A stretch of 64,000 nt of DNA from Alistipes sp. (GTDB taxonomy: Bacteria > Bacteroidota > Bacteroidia > Bacteroidales > Rikenellaceae): NCBI GenBank assembly GCA_045614205.1, contig JAZLCL010000015.1, positions 11,120-75,119 of the forward strand, in the 5' to 3' direction. How positions within the stretch are numbered: position 1 is the stretch's first letter; every line of letters begins with the position of its first letter. Under the pieces are notes generated by a model, which was not told the origin of the DNA, did no database searches, and saw nothing but the letters and a program-made list of their open reading frames with translations. Below, piece by piece: positions 61,118 to 64,000 of the stretch. Both the position numbers and the translations under genes were made by a program.

Positions 61118-63028
61118 CTACAAATTTAGAAGTCCATTTACTGAACGCATAACCTCACGCTGTGGTGCAGCAGCAAGACTCGCTGTGCTCGCGCCAAAGA
61201 ACTCCTCGGCAGGTGAGCAACCATCTTCCTTAAAGAAGATAGGCTTCGATGACCACATCTCTGTATAGTCGCCATTAACATCCTCGGCAACGCCAAAGAA
61301 TGTGAGTGTATCGCCATACTCAACAGCATAGATGTCAGTCAACTCTGTTGAACCCTGGTATATAAGACCCTGGATAAGGTACTCATAACCGTAGACCCCA
61401 AACTCTTCAGTATACATCACAGAGTAGTAGAAGTTAACAGCCGCAGGGTCAACAATAGCAGAAACAGGAACGATAGCATAGCCAGCGTAGTTATTCCAGC
61501 TTGGATCGATAGCAGCAAGCTCGCCACCATCGTAGTACCTGCCTACCTCCAACTCAAACTCAAGGTCCGCCATAACAGCCTCTGGAGTAGTAAACTTAAC
61601 ACGCTGTGGAGCTGTGGTAGCAGTGCCGGCAGCATAACCAAAGACTACAACCTCATACTCCGTCTCGGGAGCAAGGCCCGATGCTGTATCTGTCATAGTG
61701 CCATTCGCTGCCTTGATATTGAAGTTGCTGATGCAGTACTCCACAACCTGATCGTCAGTGAGACCCTCAAGGCGCGATGATGTAAGAAGAACCGCAGCAT
61801 ATGGATCGTTGTTAGTCGTTGTAACGGTGACATCAGCCTTACGTGGGTGAATATTATCAACCGATACGGTCAACTTATTATCTGACGCAGCGGCAGAGCC
61901 CGTAGTAAAGTAGATGTACTCGGGTGTGGTGTTGAGCAACGCCTCATCATCCATACCAAAAGCCCACAATACATACTTCGTATTAGCATCAAGATCCACC
62001 TCGAGGTGAGCAGTGCCACGGTAAGCGAGCTCGTTGAAGATGAAGTGCAAACCCGACTCAACATCGTCGAAGAATGATGAGTAATATGCCTTCTCCTGCT
62101 CCCATGCAGCCTCACAGTACTCACGCATAAGCTCATCCGACGTACCCTCGGGCACCTGGCGCGCTTCAAACACACCATAGAAGAAGTAACCATCATAGCC
62201 CTGTGGCGTAACATCCAAGACCACATTATAACCGTCAACCTGTGCACTCAAATCGAAGTGAAGAATATAGTCCTTAACCTCCGATGTCTTGATAAGCAGA
62301 CGTGAAATCTCGGTAGTAGGCTTAAGTGTTGTTGTATCAAAGCCATAGGCGTATGCCACATACTCGGTGTTAGGTGTAACGCCTGTAAACTGATGCGAGA
62401 GTAGATCACCGCTATACATGAAGGCCATAGCAGCAGTGGCTACATCACCACCAAAGGCATCAGCAAAGCTCTGGAAGATATCCATATCACTTGCCCACAA
62501 CGCCTCATCGTCAGTCATAAGGCCGTTGCTCTGGATGTAGTCACCATTACCAAGGATGAAGACATATGGCATATTCTTATCCTGTGGGACAACATCGAGA
62601 GTGATAGTAGTACCCGCAGCAGATACGAGGTTTAGCTCGATAGAGTGCTTCTTACCCTCCGCCTGCTTGACAAGGATTGTAGGGTTAGGATATACCTCGG
62701 GGTAGGTAACCTCAAGACGACACTTACGTTCGCCCGCCTCATAGCTGGCATCAACATCGAAGCTGATGACGCCACCGTCCAAAACCTGGATGTTATGCAC
62801 CCATGTCTGCTCTGCGCTAACCTTAACTTCGGCACCCTCAATAGCATTGAGAAGCTCGAAGCCAACAGTAAAAGTACCGCCATCGGCTGTCACATCGACA
62901 CTTGTAGTATCAAGTGTTAGCTGTGGAGCATCGGCGGGTGTTGGCACGGGCGCTGGCTCATCACCCTTACACCCCGCAAAGAGTGTAAGAGTAAGAGCTG
63001 AACACATTATAAACCAAAATCTTTTCAT
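61118..63028 (-). CDS. BACON plus FN3-like repeat surface lipoprotein
   Basis: Lipobox FAGC-KGDE; BACON pattern; three repeats of P.T.Y...A.G.D type (TPNTEYVAYAYG, DANTKYVLWAFG, APETEYEVVVFG). Confidence 0.78.
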   Translation of the reverse strand: MKRFWFIMCSALTLTLFAGCKGDEPAPVPTPADAPQLTLDTTSVDVTADGGTFTVGFELLNAIEGAEVKVSAEQTWVHNIQVLDGGVISFDVDASYEAGERKCRLEVTYPEVYPNPTILVKQAEGKKHSIELNLVSAAGTTITLDVVPQDKNMPYVFILGNGDYIQSNGLMTDDEALWASDMDIFQSFADAFGGDVATAAMAFMYSGDLLSHQFTGVTPNTEYVAYAYGFDTTTLKPTTEISRLLIKTSEVKDYILHFDLSAQVDGYNVVLDVTPQGYDGYFFYGVFEARQVPEGTSDELMREYCEAAWEQEKAYYSSFFDDVESGLHFIFNELAYRGTAHLEVDLDANTKYVLWAFGMDDEALLNTTPEYIYFTTGSAAASDNKLTVSVDNIHPRKADVTVTTTNNDPYAAVLLTSSRLEGLTDDQVVEYCISNFNIKAANGTMTDTASGLAPETEYEVVVFGYAAGTATTAPQRVKFTTPEAVMADLEFELEVGRYYDGGELAAIDPSWNNYAGYAIVPVSAIVDPAAVNFYYSVMYTEEFGVYGYEYLIQGLIYQGSTELTDIYAVEYGDTLTFFGVAEDVNGDYTEMWSSKPIFFKEDGCSPAEEFFGASTASLAAAPQREVMRSVNGLLNL

Positions 63029-63070
63029 TGTCTTCTCGTTTTAAGTTTTGTGCAATTACACACTACACTA

Positions 63071-64000
63071 CTACGCCTTTGGAGTACCAGCAACAGCGCC
63101 AGTATAGCTACCTGTGAGGTTGCGGTCGTCAGTAAGAGTTACATCGAATGAGATCTCGTATGTCTGTGAAGCCTCAAGATAAGTAACATTCAAAGTAACT
63201 TCCTTGAATGCCTTAGAGTTACCGTTGAACTTGCTATAGTAGTTATCAACATACTGTGTTGCACCATCGAGTGTATATACACCAGACACCAAGTAGTTTA
63301 CGCTTGAGTTGCCTGTACGAAGGTCGAAGTCGAGATTATAGTCACCTGTCTCATCGGCGATAACAAGCTGCCAGTTATCAGAGGTCCAATGTCTTGCTGT
63401 AACAGTAGTCCAGTTGATTGTATCGGGAACATCCTCGGCATCCTTAATCTCCATGCCATCAACCTTACCTATGTATGACATGACGAATGTACGACCATCC
63501 TGAACCTTGAATGATATCTGGAATGTGTATGTCTTTGCACTCATATCGACAGTCACGTTAGCACGTGCCTCTGAAGCAACATATGTGCTCTCACCAGCAA
63601 CAAGAAGAGTAGTGAGGTCATAACCAAGGTAACGACCATCAACCGCGTTACCCAACTGATATGTACCTGCTGGGAGGTAATCCATTGCTGGGCAGTAAGC
63701 ATCGAGTGTCAAACGGTAGTTCTCAACACCATCAAGCGTCTGTGTGAAGGTCATATACCAGTTAGTATTGTTCTCGAAAGCACGTGCTGTGGCTGTGTTA
63801 AGAACAACGTCGATAACCTTCTCTGACTGCGCGAGTGAGCAACCCTCGATAACGCCATTGAAGTCAGACTCGATGATGTAACCATTCTCAAGTGTACCAT
63901 AGAATGACAACATGTAAGTCAACGTCTCCCAGTCGATATCCATTGTGAGAGTACCTGTAGCGAACTTGAACTCGCCACCATCAGTACCCGCCACAACGAA
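63071..64000 (-). CDS. Beta-rich repeat surface protein (5'-truncated by the window edge)
   Basis: Frame open to base 64000; repeated L..G.Y.L ... TY...F....DGR....Y.G units. Confidence 0.7.
   Translation of the reverse strand, partial: FVVAGTDGGEFKFATGTLTMDIDWETLTYMLSFYGTLENGYIIESDFNGVIEGCSLAQSEKVIDVVLNTATARAFENNTNWYMTFTQTLDGVENYRLTLDAYCPAMDYLPAGTYQLGNAVDGRYLGYDLTTLLVAGESTYVASEARANVTVDMSAKTYTFQISFKVQDGRTFVMSYIGKVDGMEIKDAEDVPDTINWTTVTARHWTSDNWQLVIADETGDYNLDFDLRTGNSSVNYLVSGVYTLDGATQYVDNYYSKFNGNSKAFKEVTLNVTYLEASQTYEISFDVTLTDDRNLTGSYTGAVAGTPKA

Overview
A chromosomal, mostly housekeeping window from a Bacteroidota genome, most likely Rikenellaceae/Alistipes-like. The assignment rests on TAnnTTTG -7 promoter boxes before most operons, few Shine-Dalgarno sites, a TonB receptor, and BACON and other lipoproteins. 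About 51 genes are supportable, including typA, an M16 protease, a complete Firmicute-style purine operon (purE-L-C-F-M-N-H-D-folD-purB), a TPP-riboswitch-led thiamine TonB receptor plus PnuC/PnuT, rpe, an ABC-F, rlmB, ispE, an RND efflux trio, a bile-salt-hydrolase-family enzyme, ligA, dapA, ffh, a diadenylate cyclase, ruvA, dusB and argS. I saw no tRNA, rRNA, CRISPR array, transposase or phage gene. The best candidates for something undescribed are: (1) a TPP riboswitch with an intact pyrimidine-sensing arm but the pyrophosphate-contacting nucleotides replaced; (2) a WYL regulator - HIRAN - Zn-ribbon module with the box TGACAA-N4-CGTCAA upstream of both the WYL and HIRAN genes; (3) an unannotated 57-codon leader ORF ending 6 nt before a terminator in front of the pur operon; (4) an FKBP lipoprotein with a Tyr/Asn/Gly low-complexity insert in its flap; (5) a clamp-binding-like QGTLF tail on LigA; (6) ERIC-like palindromic elements and terminators sharing a stem sequence; (7) an unannotated 55-aa partner of a zeta-like kinase. 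All family calls come from motif recognition by eye; no searches were run.
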